Source of the DNA: Dimorphilus gyrociliatus
Taxonomy: Eukaryota; Animalia; Annelida
Reading direction: 5' to 3'
DNA length: 64,000 nt
Assembly: GCA_904063045.1 (NCBI GenBank)
Contig: CAJFCJ010000012.1
Coordinates: forward strand, 2,678,335 to 2,742,334
The notes under the pieces are model-generated. The model made no database searches. It had not been told where the DNA came from and saw only the letters and a program-made list of their open reading frames with translations. Position numbers and translations under genes: made by a program. Positions 50,940 to 63,049 of the stretch are shown piece by piece; the stretch's first letter is position 1; the number at the start of each line of letters is the position of its first letter.

Positions 50940-52975
50940 TTGAAGAGAGAGTTTATTAATCCTTTAGACAAAAGAAATGGATGTTGTTATGCTAAGGATA
51001 TTTTCTATTTAAATGAATTTATCATTGTCAACTGTTCATATTTTCGAACCCTTGTCCTTATCTGTACTTAGTGAGTAGGGTGGGAGAGAGAGATGTGGGT
51101 GATAAAACTTTAAAGACACTCCCTTAGCATTGGCTGTATTGCAGTGAACTTGTTGATATTGAAATTTGGACATTTTCAGGTATATAGGCAGTTTTTGAAA
51201 ATGTAAAAATAGAAAATGAGATATATAATTGGCTAATTGTTGCCTTTATTCCATTGAATCCATCATTAAATCCGATTATTTATACTATTGCAAATTATGA
51301 AGAGCACCTTACAAATCTATTTTTTTGCCAATTTTAAACCTCTTTTCAAATGCTGGAAAGTTCAATTTAAATGTAAGATGTTCCAACTTGTAAAATGAAT
51401 TAATGAAGAATAAATATTTATGCAGTAAAAGGAACCGGAAGTTGAATAGTTTGAAAAGCTATAAAGAAATTGAGCAAGCTATGTAAAATTTACACAAAAA
51501 TAATCTAAGTTGTGACAGCAATTCAAAGATGGAGAATATAATTATTAGAGTATTAAATCTTCAATTCATTCATTCATCCTTCAATCAATCTTTGTATTCC
51601 CTTAGAATTTAAATTACGAAATTACGGTTGTCTACATTACATTGAAATGTCGAATGACGAGAAAAAGAGCAAAGATATTCTGTCTGAAAGTGTAGTTTTT
51701 GAGCAAATGTTGCCCTTTGAACTGGAATAAATAAACAATCTCAAACAAAGTGCCTTTTTGCTCTGTCAACTGTTTGGCAGAACTATTGAATGATTATATC
51801 CAGAGCTCTGAAAAATCTCTGCAAATTTCGTTTCATCCTGGCGAAACGTCTGAAAAAGAACCAGTTAACCACTTTACAAATTAGCAAGGCATAAAATGTC
51901 TGGTTCTGTAGGAAGTGTAGAAAAATTTTCTCTATTGGTATAAATATTCCTCATGCTGACAATTTTTTCTCTGAAAATTCCTTAATTCTCCATGCAGAAG
52001 ATTCCCTCTTGTTGATAAATTCCCCATGGAATTGTAACTTTGTACTTTGTTGTATTGTAATTGTAGGAATTTCTGGTTTGTCACAACTGTAATCGTCCTT
52101 TCCAATCATTTACCAACTTGCCAAAGTACTGGTCCAAATAGAACCTTTAAAGTTCGTCCACAAATAGTCTAACAAAGGCAATTTCGGTAGAAATTGATTA
52201 ACAAAACACCAGTATTTCGTCCAAAGAATATGTATTGAGTAAAATGAGCTTCTAGTTCTAAACAAGCTAGTTTAAACAACTAGCTGACGGTTAGAAAACT
52301 GAACTATCAACTGTTAATTTCGTAGGGTTTATATACTCTTTTAAGGGTTGATAGTTCACAAATTTCAATGTTGACAAAAACAAAAGTAACATTTGAAGAC
52401 AAAGAAAAGTTCTAAATATGGTCATGTTTTTATTGTTTTCCTCTTCTAAATAATAGTTGAATTTCGAAGGTTGGAGAGTTGCATAAGATGTAACAATTTT
52501 AGTAGGACAAGTCCAACAATCAAGAAAACATGTAGATTGTATATTTGACCGTTTTTATATTCTACCTTAATAATGATATTCAATTGATTGAGTTAGTAAA
52601 TTTAGCATCAGCATATAAGGAGGAAGTATATCTGATTAATGCATGTTAAAAAGAACAGTATTGTGTATACAATACTGTTGAATAGTGAATATAATCTAAA
52701 CTTAGAATTTAAGCATAATTGATAATTAATTGAACTAGTTTTAGTTCGAAATCATAAATTTATGGATTAATAAATTGTAATATTAATGCTACGTTGCAAA
52801 TAGCAAATATTCTTTATATAATTCAATAGGTTTTATTACTGCATAATGTGTATGCACTGCCCTATGCGAAACTAGGTCACTACTGCTTATCCTTATCAGT
52901 GCTATCTGCATAGTACAATACTGGTTCAATACTACTTCTCTATTGTAGAATATAGCTGACGAATGTATGTGTACA
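50049..52975 (-). repeat. Right arm of the 2.93-kb inverted duplication (spacer 48520-50048, 1529 bp)
   Basis: As for the left arm. I noticed at least 3 substitutions and a 1-bp T-run indel between the arms; the comparison was not exhaustive. Confidence 0.97.
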
Positions 52976-53643
52976 AACTTAGAGTGCATTTATCCAATTT
53001 TCATCTTTTGCAAACATTCAACATAGAATTTATCATTGACATTTTCACATGCATTGTTAAATTGGCAGAGTCATTGCCTACACTTTGATAGATTAAAAAA
53101 GGATAATCTGAAGATTAAGTTATCTTTGTAATTGATTGATAAAATTTTGATAAAAGATATACTTTCTTTTATCTTTTAATTGGCTGTCATGGAAAACGTC
53201 ATTTAATTTCATCTGTAAAATCTTTATTCACATGGGTTGAATTTAAAAACAAGTCATATTTGATCAACAAGTGCATATAAAAGTTTATCATAGAGAAAGA
53301 GAAAGAGAGAGAAAAGGACTGAAGAGTGGTGGAGGATAGATGGTACTCCTTAAATTTCTGTCTTTTATTTTTTCATATTTTTCACTTCCTGTATTCATAT
53401 CTAGTAAGTATTTACAACAAATTTATCTATCAAAACACAAATTATCTTTTGCCTTGTCTCTTCTGTTAAATGAAATCTTTCTTCTTCCTCTTTAAGAAAA
53501 CCTGTCTAAAAATTGTTCACTAAGAATTCTAATTAATCTTTAACTAATAGATTGTATTTCCATATTATGTAATTTAAATTGACTGGTACATTCTCAACAA
53601 GTTTTTGATTAAATTTAATAAATCAATGGATGTCAATTTGTTA

Positions 53644-55085
53644 TTAATTCTTATTCAAATTATTCAATAGCTGCCTCTTGGCTAGAATTGTTGTTAAGAT
53701 TACTGATGGATCATTGATATCACCACTATTTCTTACATCCAGTTTCATCAAATCAGGACAAACTGCCAATAAAAAGATGAGATTTCTTATTTGACTGTCG
53801 GTCAAGTAACATCCATAACATGAAACTGCTTGTAGAGTATTGTTTGATACTTCTAATCCATCACAAATACTCTTAACTCCATCACCCATTTTTGTATTGA
53901 AAGACAAATTAATGAATTCAATTTTATGGCATTTTTTCAAAAGATATGAAATGTAATTACACTGCTCTTTAGTTAGATTACAATCAGCAAAAGCTAACCT
54001 TTTAATTGTATTTGACGATTGAGCAAGCCCATTGCAGATTGATGCTAATTCATCTCCCATTTCATTATTACCACTTAAAGTGACCTGTTGTACTTTTGAT
54101 AAATTCATTAGAAAATTTCCCAACTCTTTACATGCCTCGGAAGAAAAACCACAATGTGCAAAAGTGAGTGTTGTTAAACTGTTTGAAGATAATTTTAGTC
54201 CTTGACATATTGATTTCAGTATTTCACGTGTTAAAAAATTACCACTCAAATTAATTTCTTCTAAACACTGTAATTGCCCTAGTAGTGTGATAATGAACAA
54301 CCATTGGCTAACAATTACAATGTTACATTGACTTAAACTTAAGGCTCTTAAAGTTGTTGATGATCTTGCTAAGAATTGATAAATACTATAAACTCCCCTA
54401 TTACCAATTCCTTTATTTTGACTCAAATCTACAATCTCCAATTCAGAAAATTTTTGCAATATATTTCCAATATCTACCCATTCATTTTCACTATACTGAC
54501 AATTTGATAAATTCAAATATTTTAAAGTATTTGATGGAATAAGACTATTCAAAATAATTGTTAATCCACTTGCCTGTCCAACATTATTACTAAAATCTAG
54601 CTTCTCTATTGAAGAAAATTTTTCAATGATTTTCCAATTATTCTCCAAGAATTCTCATCTATTTGGCAAAGTTTAAATGTTATACCAGACAATAGGACTG
54701 AAGTATTTTTAACTTTTCACATAAAGTAAGAAAATTTTGACTTGTAAATTGAATGTCAAATGTTACAATAGTTGATGAATTGGCATTATGATCTTTACAC
54801 AATTTATCAATAAATGATATTTTCTCAAGAGTTTCATCGCCAATACTAAATTTAACATTCAAGACTTGATCTTCAGTTAATTTGTATTTTTCTCCACATA
54901 GATTACAAGCTATATTATGCTCATCTCCAGACAATAGTTGGCAACATTGCAAACAGTATACATGTTTGCAAGGTTCAACACTTGATGTTCCACAGCCCAT
55001 AGAAAATTTCTTTTTGCTCAAGTCTTTTAAACAAGTTTTTAAACACACACGTATCTTTATATACTTTTAAACATTCATTGCAGAT
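53644..55085 (-). pseudogene. Frameshifted RING / B-box-remnant + RI-type LRR gene
   Basis: CNEC (about 55080, different frame), then PCKHVYCLQC...CNLC (C3HC4-type RING) and LCKDH (B-box-like). Two frameshifts near 54690 and 54630. The LRR ORF 53644-54648 has the same ICxGLxxSSNxL 57-aa units as gene 28910-31243. Confidence 0.75.
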
Positions 55086-55729
55086 AACTTATCTGAAAAC
55101 TTATATCTTTGAAATTGATTGATTAATTGACTGATATATAATATTGGACCTTGTAACATAATATAAATATGAAGTAGATAGTTCACAATTGCAAGGTGAT
55201 GATTGATTATTAGAGGCAAATTTCATAGTATATAAACCCCACTGTTCTATCACAGATTGGCATATCAATTGGTTAGGATTTTTTGTATGACTTTGTCAAA
55301 GCAAGAGAAACAGAATTCTCACACTTTAAGAATCCCAATCATTTTTAGGAAGCAGAAATGATACACAAAAATCGACATTTTCCATCAGAAACACAAAAAA
55401 TTTGAATTTATACATATTTTCGCCCTCCTCTCTGTGTTCAATACCAAGGGCTCATCAGGGTCTACTAACCTACACCTACAGAGAGATTGAAGATTTCTCT
55501 TCTTCAGATTTTATTAAAAATATACCATATTAAAAGTTCTACTTATTATGATACTATGCAATGGAAAATGAACATACCATTTTAATATTGAATGATTTCT
55601 GCTGTTGAATGAGGATTCAGAAGAAGAAATTCACCAAATCATTGTTTGCTGTTAAATGATGTGGTGTTATCTCATTAAATTTTCAATGGGAAGATCCAGA
55701 TGTATCACTTGATTTTACTGAAAAAAATG

Positions 55730-58700
55730 AACAATGAAAATACTGCTTTTCTTTGAAATCTCGTTTTAATTAAATGTATCATCTTTCTGCTTATCATCTA
55801 TCTATCTGCCTCTGCTCTCTCTTTCCCTCTCTTTTAGCATTTGTATTTTGAGCATTCAGTAAAACTCAATGTTTTTGGCCTACTCATTGTCTACACTTGT
55901 AGGCTTCTGTCTCTCATTTCAAATAACACTAAAAGTTTTAAAGGAAATAGACTTTTTTCATATAAACATAGCATTAATTTTTCATAATCAATCACAAAAG
56001 TATTATCCAATACTCTTAGATGGCTGCAGTAACTATAATTTAACATATCTATGTCAAATAAATGGCTACAATGACTTGTATTCTGAAATGGCAACTTGTT
56101 TGGATGACAAACATGGTAAGAAAATTCATAATATGCACAGCTTTAAAGGATAGCAGAGAATTGTAACCCTTAGTTTGGACATACACTTTCTCTTTGTCCT
56201 AAAAAAAATCCTGTACTGCACAGTCACTAAACCATTAATTTTAAATTTGTCCAACAACACACCAGATGAAAAAGCATATGTAAACTATAATGGAAAATAT
56301 ATTCTGAAGGATTTTGAGCAGTTAAATGTCAAAATTCCAAAAACATTCTTATGCATTAAATGCTTGAAATAGGAGATTGTTGAGTTGAATTTACTGATTG
56401 ATATTTAATAAATTAATAATTAATCATTTGCCCTCTCTAGATATATTTGCTGTTGCAAATCAAACTAATTCACCCCAGTTTTAGAAGAGACAAAATCAAT
56501 TATAGAATTATGAAAAGTTTAAAAAAAACTTTGTGAATGGAGTGTGTGTTGTTAAATGGAGAAATTTTGCTAAATGATGAAAAGTTATATATTGATAGTA
56601 TGTCTCCACGCTACAAGATTATGCCTATTGGAAAAGAAGAAATAAAACTGTAATAAAATGTGAAATTGTTGACTACTTTTAGAAAATAAAAGTTTGTTTA
56701 AATTAAAACAACAGAGTTTCTCTATTAAATTTTACTTTAGATCTTTTTAACAATTTGACTTTGTGCCTATATGAAAAGAAAAGACACTGAGAAAATTGAA
56801 CAGATATCATATGTTTCAGCTCACTGAATATTTTAGCATACTCTTTAAATGCTAAAAGTATTGAATGGCAAATAATTCTTGATTATACATTTCAAAATAC
56901 ACTAAACATGTCATTTATAATAAAATCTCAATTAATGAATAAAGAACAACACTGATTGTTTGAAAGAAGAAAGATTTAATTGCCAAAATTCTACTTATCC
57001 ATTTTGTGCTTATGCAACATTTTCCTCAAAATCAGTAAAATTATACTGCAAAACTTGAGAAAACAATGATGTTTTTGATTGTTTTGCAGTTAATTTTTAT
57101 GCAACTGGAATAAAATATTTCAATTTGACATTTATTTGTACATACAATGAGGTGTTGCATGGTAATTATCACCAAAATACATATCTAGATACTTTAATGT
57201 TTTTGGTACTAGTTTCTATTTTCACTAATCAGTCTTTACTATTAGAATAGAAAGAGCTTCTTCTATCTACAACTTAACTCTGTTCATCTATCATCATCTC
57301 CCTCTCCTCTATAATTTATTTCTTTTCCCTAATTTTCTCTTCCAATTATAGACGTTCAAGATTTTCGATTTGTTACCAATAAAGATGAAATTGTTTATGC
57401 AAAAAGCCCAAAAATGGACACAAATGATGTCATTATTAAAGATTTAGAAATGAGATTTCATGAAATTTGGCTTCAAATTTCATCGATATCTATGAAAAGT
57501 TTTCAAGTTCAACTTATTTGTCAACATTTTGGATTTCCTCATGGTACACTTATACCAATGAAAAGACCAGTAGACATGAGAATGACTGGTTTACAATGTA
57601 GAAAGAGTTATTCTCTGTTGACGCAGTGTAGAACAGAATTTGTTGTGTGAGTTACTAAACTAGTATTTTCAATATGTAGGGGTTGACAGAAAACACGCTC
57701 AATCGAGATTTTGAGTTGAAAACTGGTTAGAGGGTTGTTTGTTTGTCCTATGTGAGAGCTATTAGTAATCAAGAAGGAGTTGGTCAAAGAACAAGGGTTG
57801 GATTAGGTTTAGGGTAAAAGCACAATTTTGCAGATGTTTTCTGTCAAATAAAAATTCTCTTTTTATTACAATTCATTTTCTGTTCAAAAAATAGATTCAT
57901 ACAAAATAATGTTGAAAGTATGTTTGCAATTAAATGTTCAAATGAGAATATTCAAGGTTTTTTTACTTCAATAAAAACCATTGTTTTCAAAAATCTTTCA
58001 TGTAAATGTTCAGATTGCACAGAAGATGATGCAATAATTATTGGTGATGTATGCTATTCTATCTTTGGCAATGGAAATTTGAAATCCCCAAGGGCTGTTA
58101 ATGAGTATTGCAACAAAAGAATTTAACAACATGGGATGATTTATTGCAGTACAGAATTGAAATTATGCAGTATTTTTCAAGATTATATATAGAGAAATAT
58201 CAATATTTTCCAATTGAAATAATTTCAGGTTTGTCTTGTTTTTTTTCAACCTTAAAGTTTTAATAGTTTGAAAAGTAAACAACTACCAGTAGTAAATGAA
58301 TTGACACCTACCAATCGTCCTATTGAATTGTTTGATCAATTATACAGAAATGTTGGTACATTACACAATGATAACCCTGCTGGATTCATTATTTGGTTAT
58401 AGAGACTATGCATTTATGCACATTTTCCTTTCCATTAACATAATTCGCCATTACTCTACCTCTTGTTCAAAGAAAAATGAATAATTTTCTGTTTTGAATA
58501 GGAATCGGAATATTTTCAAAGAGAGCTTATATATAACATTACACCTGAGAGTACTATCAGAAAAAGGGAAAATTTTTGCTTCAAATGCATTTTTATTGCG
58601 GAAAGATGGATTAACAGACAGAAAATTGCTCCAGAGATACAGTACTCAAATGTTCCTTGCTCAACAAAAAGTGTCAAGTATTTCATTTGTCAGATGATAC

Positions 58701-59698
58701 CAAGTATGAATTTGTTTGTTTGTTTGTTAGTTAAACTTTACTAGAATTGTACTTTTACCATTGGTTCTATTTACTTTTATGTTTGTCCAGTAGTTATAGG
58801 ACTATTAGAATAGTATGCAAGATACCATTACAAACAGTTTTGGAAGAGACGCTCTTATGAATACTCAGCATTACTGCTACCTGCAACTGTTGAAGTGTCT
58901 TAGTTTTATAATATAATAAGCTTCTCTAAAATTGATTACCCATACTCCTTAGAGTGTGTGGGATGATTGGGACAACACGGGTTGAAGCACTTCTAAGTAG
59001 GGTTGAGAACAAATGTTCTCTAAGAGAACTATCAGGTTGGTGTGTGACAAACAGTTATGCAGCATGCCTTCAAAAGTGTGGTTTTTGTTAGCTATAAATC
59101 CTTTTTTCCCAAAATTAACCATAGAGAATAATTACTTTCTAAATAAGCCAAAGACATGGCATGAAGAGTTATTGATTAAAAACAATTCGTTGTTGTGCAT
59201 ATCGAATGAAAACGATTGCTCTATTAATGTTAAGAAAGGAATTGTAATAAAACGCCTATGCAAGAAAATACTGATTAAAGGGAATGGGAAAACTGGTCAT
59301 GAAAATTGCAGAGTTAGAATAACAGTATTGAAGATGGTTTGTTTCAGAATTTTTAGGGAACAAGGAGTTGGGATAAATTAGAGTTTTGTAGGGGTTACAA
59401 CAGACATTGGATGATAATTTGGTTTCTGCAAAATATTTTCCAATTGTTTTCACAGATGTTTATAAGCATAGGCATTCTTACTAATCTATGAGTGTTCATT
59501 TTCAGACAAATATATTTTCTTGCACTTATAGGCTTTCATCTATTCCAGTATCACATTAATTCAAGTACATTTTACCAGTGCCCCCAATTCACGTACCAAT
59601 GTAATGTACATAAATTTTGTATCAGTGTCTCTGCTGTCTGTGATAATGTTAATGATTGCCCTAATGGTGAAGATGAACAGGATTGTTTATATTATTAC
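55730..59698 (+). pseudogene. Decayed GRL101-like paralog (5' half: SRCR-like, CTL-like, first LDLa), truncated at 59699
   Basis: YLCQINGYND (about 56050), LICQHFGFPHGTL (about 57515), CTL exon DCTEDDAIIIGDVCY...EYCNKR with a frameshift at about 58120, and LDLa CPQFTYQCNVHKFCISVSAVCDNVNDCPNGEDEQDC (about 59575-59685). The 5' boundary is approximate. Confidence 0.7.
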
Positions 59699-60330
59699 TG
59701 TACTTTGTTGTATAGTAATTGTAGGAATTTCTGGTTCATCACCACTGATTTGGTCCTTTCCAATCATTTACCAATTTACCAAAGTACTGGTCCAAATAGA
59801 ACCTTTCAAGTTCATCCACAAGTAGTTTAATAAATGTAATTTCAGTAGAAATTAATCAACAAAATACCAGTATTTTGTCCAAAGAATATGTATTGAGTAA
59901 AAATGAGTTTCTAGTTCTAAATAAGCAAGTTTAAACAACTAGCTATCAGTTAGAGAACTGAACTATCAACTGTTAATTTCGTAGGGTTTATATACTCTTT
60001 TAAGAGTTGATAGTTGACCAATTTCAATGTTCACAAAAACAAAAGTAACATTTTAAGACAAAGAAAAGTTCTAAATATGGTCATGTTCTTATTGTTTTCT
60101 TCTTCCAAATAATAGTTGAATTTGAAGGTTGAAGAGTTGCATAAGATGTAACAATTTTAATAGGACAAGTCCAACAATCAAGAAAACACAAGGATTATAT
60201 ATTTGACTGTTTTTAGTTACTACTCTAATAGTAATAATTGGTTTTAAATAATTTTAGCATGAGTATATAAGAAGGGAAGATATCTGATGAATATATATGT
60301 TATGTATAGTAGGATTGTGTATACAATACT
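59699..60330 (+). repeat. Third copy of an about 630-bp module also present in both inverted arms (about 45890-46528 minus, about 52041-52680 plus) and as a 66-bp piece at 48921-48986
   Basis: All copies begin tgtactttgttgta(t)(t/a)gtaattgtaggaatttctggtt and are colinear through ggacaagtccaacaatcaagaaaac and attgtgtatacaatact. Confidence 0.9.
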
Positions 60331-60689
60331 ACTAATTTATGAATAAAATCTAAAATTGATGGCAAAAGCATATTGTCATTCAATTAAATTAATTTCAATT
60401 AAAGTTGATCAATTTATAAATTAATTCAGTGAAATATTCAAGTTTGCAGGCTTCCAGAAGATCAGTCTGGTGGCAAACTAATATCATTTTTCCAAACTCA
60501 CCTGAAGAAGGAGGAATACCTCCGAAATATAGTGAGTTTTTACTAGTGAGTAGATAGTTAATTGTGATACAGGCTCTCTTCACATTTGTTGAGAATTTGT
60601 ATCGTGTTGTTGGAGATACAGTGAATAGCTTAGGCTAGGAACTGCTACTTAAGATAGTAGTTCCTAATAGCCACACTAACCCTTGGCCT

Positions 60690-61221
60690 NNNNNNNNNNN
60701 NNNNNNNNNNNNNNNNNNNNNNNNNNNNNNNNNNNNNNNNNNNNNNNNNNNNNNNNNNNNNNNNNNNNNNNNNNNNNNNNNNNNNNNNNNNNNNNNNNNN
60801 NNNNNNNNNNNNNNNNNNNNNNNNNNNNNNNNNNNNNNNNNNNNNNNNNNNNNNNNNNNNNNNNNNNNNNNNNNNNNNNNNNNNNNNNNNNNNNNNNNNN
60901 NNNNNNNNNNNNNNNNNNNNNNNNNNNNNNNNNNNNNNNNNNNNNNNNNNNNNNNNNNNNNNNNNNNNNNNNNNNNNNNNNNNNNNNNNNNNNNNNNNNN
61001 NNNNNNNNNNNNNNNNNNNNNNNNNNNNNNNNNNNNNNNNNNNNNNNNNNNNNNNNNNNNNNNNNNNNNNNNNNNNNNNNNNNNNNNNNNNNNNNNNNNN
61101 NNNNNNNNNNNNNNNNNNNNNNNNNNNNNNNNNNNNNNNNNNNNNNNNNNNNNNNNNNNNNNNNNNNNNNNNNNNNNNNNNNNNNNNNNNNNNNNNNNNN
61201 NNNNNNNNNNNNNNNNNNNNN
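60690..61221. other. Assembly gap (532 N)
   Basis: Run of N at the 3' end of the retroelement env-like region. Confidence 1.
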
Positions 61222-63000
61222 CTTTTGTGATGTGGTAAGCATGATGAAGTATTGGATCAATTGAGAATAGGAGATCTTTATATTTGATCAGAAATTCTTT
61301 TGAACATAATCCATTTTTTGTTATAATTGTTGTGTCACAAACTACTTGAACAGTTTTTAATTCTGTACATGTATTGAGGGTTGTTAGATCTCCTAACCAT
61401 GTACTATGGGTTCCATGTTTAGATCCAAGTATTGTTGGTAGTTGAGGTGATAGTGGTGTAAGTAGGGCTATCATCTTGTTTCTCATGATAAATTCTTTGC
61501 ATAAAAGTTGTGAAACTTGTTTAAAAACTGTTTGTAAATTTTGAAAATTTTTGTCAATATTGTTTAGTAGTGCAGCTGTTCTTATAGCATCTTTTATATT
61601 TATTTGGTGTGATTCTGGAATCTCTATGTTTTCTAATTGTTTCCTCTTCCATTTGTGATTTATTGGTTTTCTTTGTAAAAGTGTATATTTGCCATTTTCT
61701 GTATGAATTTGAAATTGTGTATCTTTTGGCTTTGATACCAAATGTTCATGTTTGGGAGTGGGTTGAAAGTAACTGGTTTTTTGTCCAATTCAAAATCTTG
61801 TGATCTTACTGGTCTGGCAGGTTTTAGCTTTGTTGTTTTCAGCATTTTTAGTATGTATTTGTTGTGAATATCCCAGATGTCTGGGAGAAATAATTTCTTT
61901 GACAAACCAAGTCCTCACTAATGGTGTTGCATGATTTTTTATCAGCATATGGTAGGTTTTGTCACCATCTCTATACCAATCATTATATGTTAAAATATCT
62001 TGTATTTCTGTGACATTGGCCTTTCTTAGTGATGATTTCTTTCCAATATATTTCTCCAATCTATTAACTTCTTTATTTGAAATGATCTTGTATTTTGTAT
62101 CCTCTATTATTTTATTGTCAGCATAATTAGAATTTGTAAGATCAGTTCTAAGTAAGTCATATTCTTTCTGGGGTACCAATACTCTGGTACCAGGACCACC
62201 ATATCCTTTGATATATCTGTCTTGGTAAGGTAAATCCATTATTGCATAGTTGGGGCAGGAAAAATATCCTCCAAGTTTTACACATTCCACATTATGGGAA
62301 ACTATTTTCCATGGTGAAACATGGCCTAGAAGACTTTGGCCTTTTTCTGGATTAAATATAATGATTGAATCCAAAGTTCTACAAAATTTTTGTTTAATAG
62401 AACAGTCTTCTAAATATTCCAAATTTGTGGTTATTTTATCTTGACTTGGATTCCAATAAGCCTTGCCAATTTGAAGGATTGTTGTAAATTCTTCCACCAC
62501 TGTGGTTCTTGCCATTTGTAATTTGGTCCTTTGTTTTCATTATACATAAGAAGTTTGCCTTTTTCAATTAGGTTTTGTCCATTTAAGGTTTTGTGTGTGT
62601 ATAGCATTGTTCTGCATTGTTTTTCACTTAAGGCAAGTGTTTGTTTTCAATTCTGTGTTTCTTTGCTCCAAAAAAGTAATGAGTGTAGAAATTGATTCTT
62701 CTTTTCACTAACACTTGACAGCTTGAATTGCCAAATTGTCAGCTTTAATTTCATAGATGTTAGCTACAATTTTGATCATTTGTTTAGTTTCAAAGGTACA
62801 TACTGGTTCATCTGCTAAATCAAATGATTGGTGTACTTGTTGTCCCTTGACAAAACTGTACTGATGGTAGCATTCTTACAGTTATGTTTGCTTTTGTTAT
62901 GGATACATTTGCTTGGACCAAGTTTAAACAGCATATTGCTAACAGTGTATAAATTATTGATCCTCTGATAGGAAGCATTCCACCATTTGTTTGGTGTTTC
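61222..63000 (-). pseudogene. env-like glycoprotein with class III fusogen motifs, disrupted
   Basis: Signal IIYTLLAICCLNLVQA; AIQAVKC..STHYFFGAKE..LSEKQCRTM; NYKW/ARTTVVEEF...DCSIKQKFCRTLDSIIIF; helical LNNIDKNFQNLQTVF; STWLGDLTTLNTCTEL. Confidence 0.75.
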
Positions 63001-63049
63001 CTTACTGTCACTGTGTTAACTGTTATAGGTTGTTTGTTAGCTAGTCTTA

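Noticed and set aside
45594-52975. Interpreting the inverted arms as terminal inverted repeats of a DNA transposon
   Set aside because: The arms consist of host receptor exons and introns, the spacer has no transposase, and I saw no target-site duplication.
59013-59453. ORFs 59013-59381 and 59256-59453, with weak similarity to the 40300-40560 region
   Set aside because: No recognisable domain, and the similarity is too weak to define a repeat family by eye.
60635-61264. ORFs spanning the second N gap, including the apparent env C-terminus GQGLVWLLGTT
   Set aside because: Frame continuity across Ns is meaningless, and the sequence left of the gap cannot be assigned to the element.
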